Below, piece by piece: positions 36,710 through 48,373 of a stretch of 54,408 nucleotides of DNA (positions are counted from its first letter, which is position 1; every line of letters starts with the position of its first letter). Under the pieces are notes generated by a model. That model searched no databases. It was given only the letters and a program-made list of their open reading frames with translations, and had not been told where the DNA came from. The DNA is from Macrostomum lignano (Eukaryota). The DNA lies in NCBI GenBank assembly GCA_002269645.1, contig NIVC01004218.1, positions 1-54,408 on the forward strand. The letters run 5' to 3'. The translations under genes were made by a program, and so were the position numbers.

Positions 36710-39700
36710 ATGTCTGGCTGGATTAACTCGTTCATGGGGCGTTGGCGCCTCTGGCAGCTGGAGACCCGAGTGTTGGCATCGGCCATTGCGGCCAGCCTTG
36801 GCAGCGGCCTTCTCATGGTGGTGGCGTCTTGCACCAACCACTGGGCGGACCTGTCGCTTATGACGGAGGACGGCGTCAATCTCGTCGGCTGTCAGGGCCT
36901 GTGGAAGATTAAATATCACGGTAATTTGATGCAATTAGCACTGCTGATTGTTCTGAGTGAACGCGTTGTGAAACCCTTGGCTAGCTTGAGCCGTTCACTT
37001 CAAAGCTTAAGCGTCGAGAGTCCTTGAAGCATGCAGCGTGTCACAGAACGCCACATAAGGCTATGCCCAGAGGTACATCTTTGTATACCGACTGTCCCGT
37101 GCAGCATTCCTAAGCCTGATTGTTGTAGGTGTGTAAAGCGAGAACTTCTGTAGCATAAAAGGACGCAAAACTACAAAGTCGCGTGATTTTTAGGGGAGCT
37201 ACGCTCGTAACCTTCTGGAAAAATACACTGCGGATACAGGAAAAATCCTATTTTTCGCCACAAGATTACCATTATTGTAATTTAACATGTACAAAATTTT
37301 ACTCTGTTGTGTTTTATATGGTTTTGTAGTGAAAGTTTCATTTTCATATTTTCTCTTTTAATCAAGTGTAAAGCATCATAATATGTAAAGAACAAAAGTA
37401 TTGAGTGATTCATATCATAGCACTTCTTCAAATACTTTTCAAGTATTTAAAACTCTGATGTCATTTTAGCAGGCTATTTTCGCTCCCGCTCTGACAAGGT
37501 AGTTCAGCTGTAATTGGCACTGAATTACGGTTGATTTCTGAACAATTTTCCAGAGATTAGTTCGCCCTGGCAATTTTTAATATCGGCCTCAGTTCCTTGG
37601 AATAATCTCCAGCTCCGCGAGCCGCGCACCTGCACCCAGGGTTCGGGTTCCAAAGATTGCCAGGTCGGCGACAGCTTAAGCCATGGGACAGGAGCGAAAT
37701 CTGCCGAATCTCCACGTGCCAGGCCCGCGAAAATTGGCGACGGAAAAACAATTAGCGCCAGGCCCAAATAATTGCGGGGGGCGGCCTCGCACCGCCTCGC
37801 TATTTTCTCCCTGCAGGGACTGCATGGTCGAATTTTCAAAGCAACAACCGACCAAACAACGTCTTTGCCATTTCGTGCGTCTCCCAGAGACAGCCCTAAC
37901 AGAGCCTGCAACAGGCAGCTGCGGCCACAGATGACTGTACACTACTGCTGTGCACTGCATGCGTACGCACTGATTATCCAAAGGCTTCTACACACCTTGA
38001 ACTTAAGCCTGATGCAGCAAGGCCCTGCATCAAGGTTTTGCGACCCCTGCAGATTTTTAAAAGTCAGTTTTTTACTTTAACGTACGCACAGAAAAAATGC
38101 GCCATTTTTGTTTGGGGCACGGCCTTTATTATGAAGGCCGTTAAAGTTGCAGTAAACCTCAAAAGTGTGAGCCAAAGAGCGTCGAGGTGGCCCTGTGGAC
38201 TGGCTTTGACATTTGATTTTTTATGAATTAAAGTTTTTATTAGCCTTGGGAACCTGCTATACTAACTACTGAAGTAGCTGTGATCTGACTGACTGACTGA
38301 CTAACTGACTGACTGACTGACTGACTGACTGAATGAATGACTGACTGACTGACTGACTGACTGACTAACTGACTGACTGACTGACTGACTGACTGACTGA
38401 CTGACTGACTGACTGACTGACTGACTGACTGACTGACTGACTGACTGACTGAATGAATGACTGACTGACTGACTGACTGACTGACTGACTGACTGACTGA
38501 CTGACTGACTGACTGACTGACTGACTGACTGACTGACTGACTGACTGACTGACTGACTGACTGACTGACTGACTGACTGACTGACTGACTGACTGACTGA
38601 CTGACTGACTGACTGACTGACTGACTGACTGACTGACTGACTGACTGAATGAATGACTGACTGACTGACTGACTGAATGAATGACTGACTGACTGACTGA
38701 CTGACTGAATGAATGACTGACTGACTGACTGACTGACTGACTGACTGACTGACTGACTGACTGACTGACTGACTGACTGACTGACTGACTGACTGACTGA
38801 CTGACTGACTGACTGACTGACTGACTGACTGACTGACTGACTAACTGACTGACTGACTGACTGACTGAATGAATGACTGACTGACTGACTGACTGACTGA
38901 CTAACTGACTGACTGACTGACTGACTGACTGACTGACTGACTGACTAACTGACTGACTGACTGACTGACTGACTGACTGACTGACTGAATGAATGACTGA
39001 CTGACTGACTGACTGACTGACTGACTGACTGACTGACTGACTGACTGACTGACTGACTGACTGACTGACTGACTGACTGACTGACTAACTGACTGACTGA
39101 CTGACTGACTGAATGAATGACTGACTGACTGACTGACTGACTGACTGACTGACTGACTGACTGACTGACTGACTGACTAACTGACTGACTGACTGACTGA
39201 CTGACTGACTGACTGACTGAATGAATGACTGACTGACTGACTGACTGACTGACTGACTGACTGACTGACTGACTGACTGACTGACTGACTGACTGACTGA
39301 CTGACTGACTGACTGACTGACTGACTGACTGACTGACTGACTGACTGACTGACTGACTGACTGACTGACTGACTGACTGACTAACTGACTGACTGACTGA
39401 CTGACTGACTGACTGACTGACTGACTGACTGACTGACTGACTGACTGACTGACTGACTGACTGACTGACTGACTGACTAACTGACTGACTGACTGACTGA
39501 CTGACTGACTGACTGACTGACTGACTGACTGACTGACTGACTGACTGACTAACTGACTGACTGACTGACTGACTGAATGAATGACTGACTGACTGACTGA
39601 CTGACTGACTAACTGACTGACTGACTGACTGACTGACTGACTGACTGACTGACTAACTGACTGACTGACTGACTGACTGACTGACTGACTGACTGAATGA

Positions 39701-42537
39701 ATGACTGACTGACTGACTGACTGACTGACTGACTGACTGACTGACTGACTGACTGACTGACTGACTGACTGACTGACTGACTGACTGACTGACTGACTGA
39801 CTGACTGACTGACTGACTGACTGACTGACTGACTGACTGACTGACTGACTGACTGACTGACTGACTGACTGACTGACTGACTGACTGACTGACTGACTGA
39901 CTGACTGACTGACTGACTGACTGACTGACTGACTGACTGACTGACTGACTGACTGACTGACTGACTGACTACTGACTGACTGACTGACTGACTGACTGAC
40001 TGATGAATGACTGACTGACTGACTGACTGACTGACTAACTGACTGACTGACTGACTGACTGACTGACTGACTGACTGACTAACTGACTGACTGACTGACT
40101 GACTGACTGACTGACTGACTGAATGAATGACTGACTGACTGACTGACTGACTGACTGACTGACTGACTGACTGACTGACTGACTGACTGACTGACTGACT
40201 GACTGACTGACTGACTAACTGACTGACTGACTGACTGACTGAATGAATGACTGACTGACTGACTGACTGACTGACTGACTGACTGACTGACTGACTGACT
40301 GACTGACTGACTGACTGACTGACTGACTGACTGACTGAATGAATGACTGACTGACTGACTGACTGACTGACTAACTGACTGACTGACTGACTGACTGACT
40401 GACTGACTGACTGACTGACTGACTGACTGACTGACTGACTGACTGACTGACTGACTGACTGACTGACTGACTGACTGACTGACTGACTGACTGACTGACT
40501 GACTGACTGACTGACTGACTGACTGACTGACTGACTGACTGACTGACTGACTGACTGACTGACTGACTGACTGACTGACTGACTGACTGACTGACTGACT
40601 GACTGACTGACTGACTGACTGACTGACTGACTGACTAACTGACTGACTGACTGACTGACTGACTGACTGACTGACTGACTGACTGACTGACTGACTGACT
40701 GACTGACTAACTGACTGACTGACTGACTGACTGAATGAATGAATGACTGACTGACTGACTGACTGACTGACTGACTGACTGACTGATTGACTGACTGACT
40801 GACTGACTGACTGACTGACTGACTGACTGACTGACTGACTGACTGACTGACTGACTGACTGACTGACTGACTGACTGACTGACTGACTGACTGACTGACT
40901 GACTGACTGACTGACTGACTGACTGACTGACTGACTGACTGACTGACTGACTGACTGACTGACTGACTGACTGACTGACTGACTGACTGACTGACTGACT
41001 GACTGACTGACTGACTGACTGACTGACTGACTGACTGACTGACTGACTGACTGACTGACTGACTGACTGACTGACTGACTGACTGACTGACTGACTGACT
41101 GACTGACTGACTGACTGACTGACTGACTGACTGACTGACTGACTGACTGACTGACTGACTGACTGACTGACTGAATGACTGACTGACTGACTGACTGACT
41201 GACTGACTGACTGACTGACTGACTGACTGACTGACTGACTGACTGACTGACTGACTGACTGACTGACTGACTGACTGACTGACTGACTGACTGAATGAAT
41301 GACTGACTGACTGACTGACTGACTGACTGACTGACTGACTGACTGACTGACTGACTGACTGACTGACTGACTGACTGACTGACTGACTGACTAACTGACT
41401 GACTGACTGACTGACTGAATGAATGACTGACTGACTGACTGACTGACTGACTGACTGACTGACTGACTGACTGACTGACTGACTGACTGACTGACTGACT
41501 GACTGACTGACTGAATGAATGACTGACTGACTGACTGACTGACTGACTAACTGACTGACTGACTGACTGACTGACTGACTGACTGACTGACTGACTGACT
41601 GACTGACTGACTGACTGACTGACTGACTGACTGACTGACTGACTGACTGACTGACTGACTGACTGACTGACTGACTGACTGACTGACTGACTGACTGACT
41701 GACTGACTGACTGACTGACTGACTGACTGACTGACTGACTGACTGACTGACTGACTGACTGACTGACTGACTGACTGACTGAGCCACAATGATTCGATTT
41801 GTAAACTCATTGCCACCCGCAGTGGGCGCCAAAACGTACGACTACGTGCTCGTTCACCTATTCGGCAGCGGACTGAAACGGCAGCTAGACGATCACGTGA
41901 CCAGTTGAGTAATCACTGCAGTATGGCGTTGAGTTCTATGATGGATTTTGTAATGACTAAGAGACTTACTTTACAGCATCAAAGCATTTTGAGAGCGGTA
42001 AAAGCGTCTGACTCTCGCGTCACGACCCCTGGTTTGATTCCGTGCGCGGCCCCACATTCATTTGCCCGGGCTGGTGTGCAAAAGTACACCCTGTGTGCTT
42101 GAGTGCGTGCCTGTGTACAGTATTGGCGCGCCTGCATGTGCTCGATCAGGAGTCAGCGGAATGGACAGAACTGTCTCAGCGCAGGTTGTGGGACAATGGA
42201 AGTTTGCCTAAGGCGTTGTGTCAGGCTGCCTCTCGCAATCAAAGCCATTAAAAAAAGGCCATGTTTTCTGATTCGTTGGATGGTGAAGAAAAACACATAT
42301 TTTTGGTGCAGGAAGAAAGTGGAATCAAAATGGCTCCCAAATTTTGCACTAGCGGCTAATTAGCATTTAATCAACCTTGCCCCGTTGGAACATCCGCAGC
42401 CATGCTACGCACCGCCGTGTCCTTCGTGGGCATGAGTCTGCTGATGCTGGTCCTGTCCAACCTGTTCGCCGTTTACTCGCTAAGAAATCCCAGGTTTACG
42501 TTTAAAAGGGCCGCTGCCGCTCTGTTCGGATTGACAA
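36710..42537 (+). CDS. Claudin/PMP22-family tetraspan protein, partial (two exons recognised)
   Basis: Exon 36710-36920: hydrophobic TM1, W, and GLW motif (CQGLWKI), GT donor at 36921. Exon 42400-42537 (AG/GT, phase 1): MLRTAVSFVGMSLLMLVLSNLFAVYSLRNPRFTFKRAAAALFGLT (TM2-loop-TM3). Linkage of the two exons is inferred; the TM4 exon was not found. Confidence 0.62.
38285..41782. repeat. (GACT)n microsatellite, ~3.5 kb, with AACT and GAAT variants
   Basis: Directly visible; explains the 915-aa SVSQ ORF. Confidence 0.99.
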
Positions 42538-42724
42538 GTAAGATGGCGTCTCCCCCCGACTGCAATACATGTAACATTTGACTTTTTGTCGTTCTAACTG
42601 CAACTGGGGAAGTCTTGGCTACCACCAAAAACAAAATGAAGGTCACTGAAATAGTCACTTGTTAGTCCAACGACTACTTCGAAATCAAAAAATTTAATCA
42701 CTAACCTACCTTTACAAACCAAAT

Positions 42725-42960
42725 TCTCAGTCACTAACTGATCTTCACAAACCTAATATACTCGGTCACTAACTGATCTTCACAAACCTAATATACTCGG
42801 TCACTAACTGATCTTCACAAACCTAATTCTCGGTCACTAACTGATCTTCACAAACCTAATTCTCGGTCACTAACTTACCTTCACGAACCTAATATACTCT
42901 GTCACTAACTTACCTTCACGAACCTAATATAATCGGTCACTAACTGATCTTCACAAACCT
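42725..42960. repeat. 33-36-bp tandem repeat, ~6-7 copies
   Basis: GGTCACTAACTGATCTTCACAAACCTAAT(ATAC)TC units. Confidence 0.88.
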
Positions 42961-43508
42961 TGAACCAAGGACTACTGTGGTGTACTACAGTGATCCAATT
43001 GCCTTAAAATCAGTCACTGAAACAGAAATAATAAATCGCCCAAACCCAAAGAACCAGCTTATCAGACATCGAGCTCAAAGTGTTAAATGGTGAAGAATTT
43101 CACATTGATTAATCAGTTTCTCAGCGAGGCAACAGTAAAGGGGGGAGGGGTGTCGGATCGGTCGGTCATTGCACGATGAAGTGCGAATCCAGCTTCCGTT
43201 CTTGATGAATGCGGGCACAATAAAATTAGATTATTCCCATTACTAGGTTTGATCAGGCGTGCAAAATCCACTAGAAAACCAGGGTGGGTTCTCATTCCCC
43301 TAAATCAATCCTGGTAATTGCTTATTGCTATCGCAGTGGTTGCAGGCGGCATGCACTGACGTATTCTACGGTTCAGTGCGGAAATGCGGCCCGAGAATGC
43401 TGATGGTTATTGAACCAAAGCTACGGCAGCTATAATATGTATGTAATGTTGATATTCCCGATTCCGTTGTACAATTTGAACGCAATCGGTTTAAAACTCA
43501 CGAGCTGT

Positions 43509-44042
43509 TGTTACTGTTACGCTCCTTCCCGAGTTCTTGAAGATGTTCCTAGAAATAGATCTCTCTGCTCCGGAAATAGCTAGATAGTACCGTTGTACTA
43601 CCTATCGATTTGCCTGAAAAGAACCTAAAATGTTAGCCTTAGACTTGGTAGGGTTGCTGCCACCTTGGTGTGCGGACTCGACGCGTCGGCAGAGTTGTCT
43701 ATCCGTCACCTGAAATAAAATAACGAAGTCGCTCGGAGCAAAGGCAAATCTAAAAAATGTCTCGACAGTTGATCGTTCCTAAGACTGCTGCTCGATCTTG
43801 AAAAACCTCAAAATCCTGAAATGAGAGAGGAGAGCTCGGAGGCAGAGAGGCAGCTCCGGTCGAGGCCAGGCAGGACGACGCGATCTGGAGGAAAAAGGCT
43901 CCCAAATGGTCTGTATTTATAGCCGATCAGACTCCAAAAGTCACGTGAGTTTCATGCAGTGAGCGCGTGAAACTTCCTTATTTGGTCCTTAGAATCATGC
44001 GAGCGATGCGTGATCCAAGGCCAACTTCCAAATAAGGTAACC
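43509..44042 (-). mobile_element. Possible solo LTR
   Basis: Ends TGTTAC...GTAACC (one mismatch to a perfect inverted end) flanked by CTGT on both sides; minus-strand TATAAATA at ~43915-43922 followed by a CT-rich leader. Weak. Confidence 0.3.
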
Positions 44043-44699
44043 CTGTCACGCAGCAGTGGCGTGATTCAAGGTCAGCGGCCACGCATAACATGCGTGCACA
44101 GTCACGTGCTTATTCTGTACTAAAAATAGAAATTGGGCGGATGAGTGATCCTGTTTACTCCCTCCTAGGCAGCCATTACACCCGCGCAGGTGATGAGTCA
44201 TCCTGCTATGCCTCCTCAGCGCGAGTGGGAAGACATTGTGTGTGGCTGCCCGCACCTGCTCAGGCGATGAGTCATCGGGCAGTAAACACCTTGGCCCAGC
44301 ACAGGGTAACTCTCTCTCAAACAGGTGGACTGAGCTGATGTGCAGCGGATCACAGAGCTCTTAGGGAAAGCTAGTGAATGCTGCTGAATAGCCAGTTAGC
44401 AGCCAGTCACTACATTACCATCTGGTAGCTGTTCCTCGAGACTTGATCATAAAATCGGATTAGGTAAAATCGTAGCGTTTGTATTTTTGGAACTTTATAG
44501 ATCAAAATTCTGTAAGTAGAATTTTAGCCTGGTTTGATTTTTACAGAAGCTCAACTTTAGAACTTTTTAAAACAGCACGGCATAACATACTTCGTACAAC
44601 TTCCAATCCATAAAAGCACATACTAATAGTTCAAAACTGCAACAGAACACGCGGAATTTAAACAGAGCACGCGAAATTCGAACAGAACACGCGGAATTC

Positions 44700-45464
44700 A
44701 AACAAAACCCAACCGCAAACCAAACAGAACTGCAACAAAACACAACCGCAAACCAAACAGAACTGCAACAAAACACAACCGCAAACCAAACAGAACTGCA
44801 ACAAAACACAACCGCAAACCAAGCAGAACTGCAACAAAACACAACCGCAAACCAAACAGAACTGCAACAAAACACAACCGCAAACCAAACAGAACTGCAA
44901 CAAAACACAACCGCAAACCAAACAGAACTGCAACAAAACACAACCGCAAACCAAACAGAACTGCAACAGAACACAAACCGCAAACCAAACAGAACTGCAA
45001 CAAAACACAACCACAAACCAAACAGAACTGCAACAAAACACAACCGCAAACCAAACAGAACTGCAACAAAACACAACCGCAAACCAAACAGAACTGCAAC
45101 AGAACACAAACCGCAAACCAAACAGAACTGCAACAGAACACAACCGCAAACCAAACAGAACTGCAACAAAACACAACCGCAAACCAAACAGAACTGCAAC
45201 AGAACACAAACCGCAAACCAAACAGAACTGCAACAGAACACAAACCGCAAACCAAACAGAACTGCAACAAAACACAACCGCAGACCAAACAGAACTGCAA
45301 CAAAACACAACCACAAACCAAACAGAACTGCAACAAAACACAACCGCAAACCAAACAGAACTGCAACAAAACACAACCGCAAACCAAACAGAACTGCAAC
45401 AGAACACAAACCGCAAACCAAACAGAACTGCAACAAAACACAAACCGCAAACCAAACAGAACTG
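44700..45464. repeat. 33-bp minisatellite, ~23 copies, truncated at 45464
   Basis: AACTGCAACAAAACACAACCGCAAACCAAACAG units; the last copy stops at GAACTG. Confidence 0.96.
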
Positions 45465-45504
45465 AGTAGAAGGCATGAGGGGGCTTTTGGGACAAAATTT
45501 TTCA

Positions 45505-45718
45505 CGTCCTCCATAATCCCATTAAATCCATCTATATTATCCCCGACAGAATCAGAAAAAAGGGGGGCTGCACTTGCTCACAAAACGTCCTCCATAATCC
45601 CATTAAATCCATCCATATTATCCCTGACAGAATCAGAAAAAAGGGGGGTCGCACTCGCTCACAAAACATCCTCCATAATCCCATTAAATCCATCCATATT
45701 ATCCCTGACAGAATCAGA
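45505..45718. repeat. 81-bp repeat, ~2.6 copies, in the putative terminal region
   Basis: CGTCCTCCATAATCCCATTAAATCCAT...GACAGAATCAGA starts at 45505, 45586, 45667. Confidence 0.93.
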
Positions 45719-45926
45719 GCATAACAGGTGTCCTACTGTTATGCTCTGAGGGTTTATGCTCTAAGCATAACAGCTCCAAATCCACCCATAGCATCTTCGA
45801 AACAATCAGAAAAAATCTGCATTCTTCTCCCCACATTCAATTCGCAATTCGCAATGATCCCTAAAACTTTAAATCCCCTAACCCAGGGTCCTTACCCTTT
45901 GAAAAAAATCTAAATTTTCTCTAAAA

Positions 45927-46166
45927 ATGTTTCCAGTTGTCTCTCCAGGTTCCTATTATACACAGCCTCATCCATTGTACAAATCCAAGTACCGATGCAA
46001 ACTAGAATGCAGCGAGTACATGAGAAAATATTGGCCCGACGCTCAAATAAATGTCCCTAATATTAATCTAGCTCTCCAAAGACATTGGTTTCATAAGTAT
46101 GGAGTAACCTATGTAAAAGATTATGACAGCTACTATAACTTTGCAGAAATCATTAGGCAATTGTGA
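45927..46166 (+). CDS. Small orphan ORF of the Polinton, 79 aa
   Basis: ATG in the AAAAATG context shared by the element's other genes; ends 4 nt from the convergent mCP stop; Tyr/Trp-rich; no recognised domain. Confidence 0.55.
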   Translation: MFPVVSPGSYYTQPHPLYKSKYRCKLECSEYMRKYWPDAQINVPNINLALQRHWFHKYGVTYVKDYDSYYNFAEIIRQL

Positions 46167-46170
46167 TTTC

Positions 46171-47034
46171 TTACATTCTCTCAATGATTAACGTCAATAC
46201 AAACTCTTCACCGTTGAAATCAACACCCATCCCATCTTCAGTCTCAAACTGTAGCACAATCTCGTGAATCTCCTTATTACTCAATACAACTCTTTTCACT
46301 GGATTTGGTTTCTCTACCACCATCTGTCCTCCAGCAACAGAGTTGGAGATGTTGTACAAAATATTCGTTCGCTTTCCCTTAAATACCCAATCAAGACTGA
46401 GATTGCTTCTGATTAGAATATTCAAACCCTTTACAATGTCTGCAATATTGGGTGCTAAGAACAAACCGCTTACACTTTCCCGGACCATTCTAACAGTCCC
46501 CGATGCTTGAGTGGCGGTCCGCGCCGCGGATTCTGCCTTATAAACTTTCTTCTCGAATCCCAGTTCCCTATACCAAGTGTCATCTTTAAACTCAACCTCC
46601 GCATCTTTGTGAACTTGCATAACCACTCTCATTACAGTGAGATCATAGGTTAGTTTGACAGGGAACAGTTTCTTCTCTGGCTTACTCGCATCAGGTGTCT
46701 CAAAATGGCCTCTCTTAGTAAAGACATTTTCTAGAAAGTTATTGTAGGTATCCACACTTTGCGTGCTCACATGGAATACCACAGGGTCTGCTGCTGCACC
46801 TTTCCATTTGTAATAAAACTTATTATTTGCTGCCATCACATTGGGAACGTTTGACCAACCAGTGAAGTCGTTAAGATAGACATGGTAATTAGCGCCTGGA
46901 TCCAGGCGAATCGCCTGCTCTAATTTTTCAACAAACATCCCGTTTGAGTCATTAATTCGCCCAGTTATTGTAATAGGAATGCTCTCCTTAGAGTGAGAAA
47001 CAATATTATTTAGTCTTTCAGCAATCGCTTCCAT
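46171..47034 (-). CDS. Polinton minor capsid (penton, single jelly-roll) protein
   Basis: Adjacent to MCP; pattern AIRLD...YHVYL...SNVPNV...NNKFYY, LGF, NILYNI...GGQMVVEKP...IHEIVLQFETEDGMGVDFNGEEFVLTLII resembles Maverick PX/mCP. First ATG at 47034 (track start GTG 47043). Confidence 0.8.
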   Translation of the reverse strand: MEAIAERLNNIVSHSKESIPITITGRINDSNGMFVEKLEQAIRLDPGANYHVYLNDFTGWSNVPNVMAANNKFYYKWKGAAADPVVFHVSTQSVDTYNNFLENVFTKRGHFETPDASKPEKKLFPVKLTYDLTVMRVVMQVHKDAEVEFKDDTWYRELGFEKKVYKAESAARTATQASGTVRMVRESVSGLFLAPNIADIVKGLNILIRSNLSLDWVFKGKRTNILYNISNSVAGGQMVVEKPNPVKRVVLSNKEIHEIVLQFETEDGMGVDFNGEEFVLTLIIERM

Positions 47035-47056
47035 TTTTTTCACATAAAAAAAATAT

Positions 47057-48343
47057 TTAAACTTTACTGGATGAATTGTTGATCATGTTAAGCTTCACCT
47101 TCCTCTCAAATGCATAGATAATGTACAGGTCCACGGGTGTTGCGACAGTCCTCTCAATGTTAGTCACGATATTCACAGGGCTGTTATCAGTAGGCATTTG
47201 TCTGGCAGACACATCAGCGCCAAACATCGGATATAGAGTTCCATATTGAAGAGCAGTGATAGCAATTCCATTGTTCTCTTTCACAGCCAAGTCGACCAAC
47301 TCGCTGTAAAATTTGCTAATCTTGTTCTGACTGAAATCTCCATTTTGTGGCAGTGCAGGGTAAAGATTATCACTGATTTCATGCTGAATGGACCGAACGT
47401 CTCCATGCATGTAGCGTATAATGCTATTTGGGTTTCTCATATTAATAATGATATACCTTGGATTGCTGCATGATCCCTCTTTGATGCAGATGTTTGTTCT
47501 AGTTTCGTTTCGCTCATCTCGACACATGTAGGCCGTGTATGCAACATCAATATCCTTCTCTATTGCCTTAAGATAGTCTGCTTTTAGTGCAGTCTTTGGC
47601 TCAATGACTTCCAAATACAGCTCGATTCCGGTTAGCTTCACCTCCATCCTTGTGTGATCCGCCCCAGTCCACAACACTCTACTGCGATCATCTCTAGTCA
47701 TCCTAAAGGTGTAGCTAAAGTTACTAGTCAGTCGATTAAATTTATTACAGAATCCACTCATAAATCTCAGTGGTACAAATACATCAACAGACCGATACAG
47801 CGGGTTTTTAGCAGCATCATCAGCACCTTGCAATGCATAGTTGTATCTCTTCTTCCTCTTTTTATAGCCACTGTCATTGATGTCTCCTTCTTTTTCATCT
47901 GCAATAAAACCCGCACCACTTCCCAACTGAATAAAATCAGGATTCTCGATCAAACAATGAGCGTCATAGACAATTCCAAAGTTGGCGATTCGCTCCAACT
48001 CTGTGCTCCCATTCGATACACTAAACTCCTTGAACATGTACGCCCAAAAGTTACTGATCAGAGCCACATCCGCATCATGCTTGTCAACGTTAGCACGAGC
48101 CGCATCCGCACCACCTTTTGTCTTGAATTGAAATGTCATATGGAAGCCGCTCTTAAGACTGTGCACACTAACCAGAGACGAACATCCATTGTATGTAAAT
48201 GTCAGTGTTTGACCTGGACCCAAATTAGTTTCATTCTGGTTCTCGTGACTCGGAACTCTAACTTGTGTCGCTTTGATTGTGCTATCATCACTAAAAATAG
48301 GCTTGTTAATTTTGTAGAAAACTGGTGTCAGTGGGTCGTTCAT
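47057..48343 (-). CDS. Polinton major capsid protein (double jelly-roll), 428 aa
   Basis: Beta-rich protein of typical size; ALISNFWAYMFKEFSVSNGSTELE and VFVPLRFMSGFCNKFNRL...FRMTR match Maverick PY/MCP patterns; gene context. Confidence 0.83.
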   Translation of the reverse strand: MNDPLTPVFYKINKPIFSDDSTIKATQVRVPSHENQNETNLGPGQTLTFTYNGCSSLVSVHSLKSGFHMTFQFKTKGGADAARANVDKHDADVALISNFWAYMFKEFSVSNGSTELERIANFGIVYDAHCLIENPDFIQLGSGAGFIADEKEGDINDSGYKKRKKRYNYALQGADDAAKNPLYRSVDVFVPLRFMSGFCNKFNRLTSNFSYTFRMTRDDRSRVLWTGADHTRMEVKLTGIELYLEVIEPKTALKADYLKAIEKDIDVAYTAYMCRDERNETRTNICIKEGSCSNPRYIIINMRNPNSIIRYMHGDVRSIQHEISDNLYPALPQNGDFSQNKISKFYSELVDLAVKENNGIAITALQYGTLYPMFGADVSARQMPTDNSPVNIVTNIERTVATPVDLYIIYAFERKVKLNMINNSSSKV

Positions 48344-48373
48344 TTTTTAACTAAAAATAAAATAAAATAAGAA

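Noticed and set aside
39085-41832. 915-aa (SVSQ)n ORF
   Set aside because: Reverse translation of the GACT microsatellite.
42042-42363. ORFs as an extra claudin-like exon
   Set aside because: No frame gives a convincing family motif with compatible splice phases.
44567-45514. Cys/Val/Phe-rich ORFs in three frames
   Set aside because: Reverse translation of the 33-bp minisatellite.
47654-48370. 238-aa ORF antisense to the major capsid gene
   Set aside because: Non-ATG start and no motifs; typical shadow ORF.
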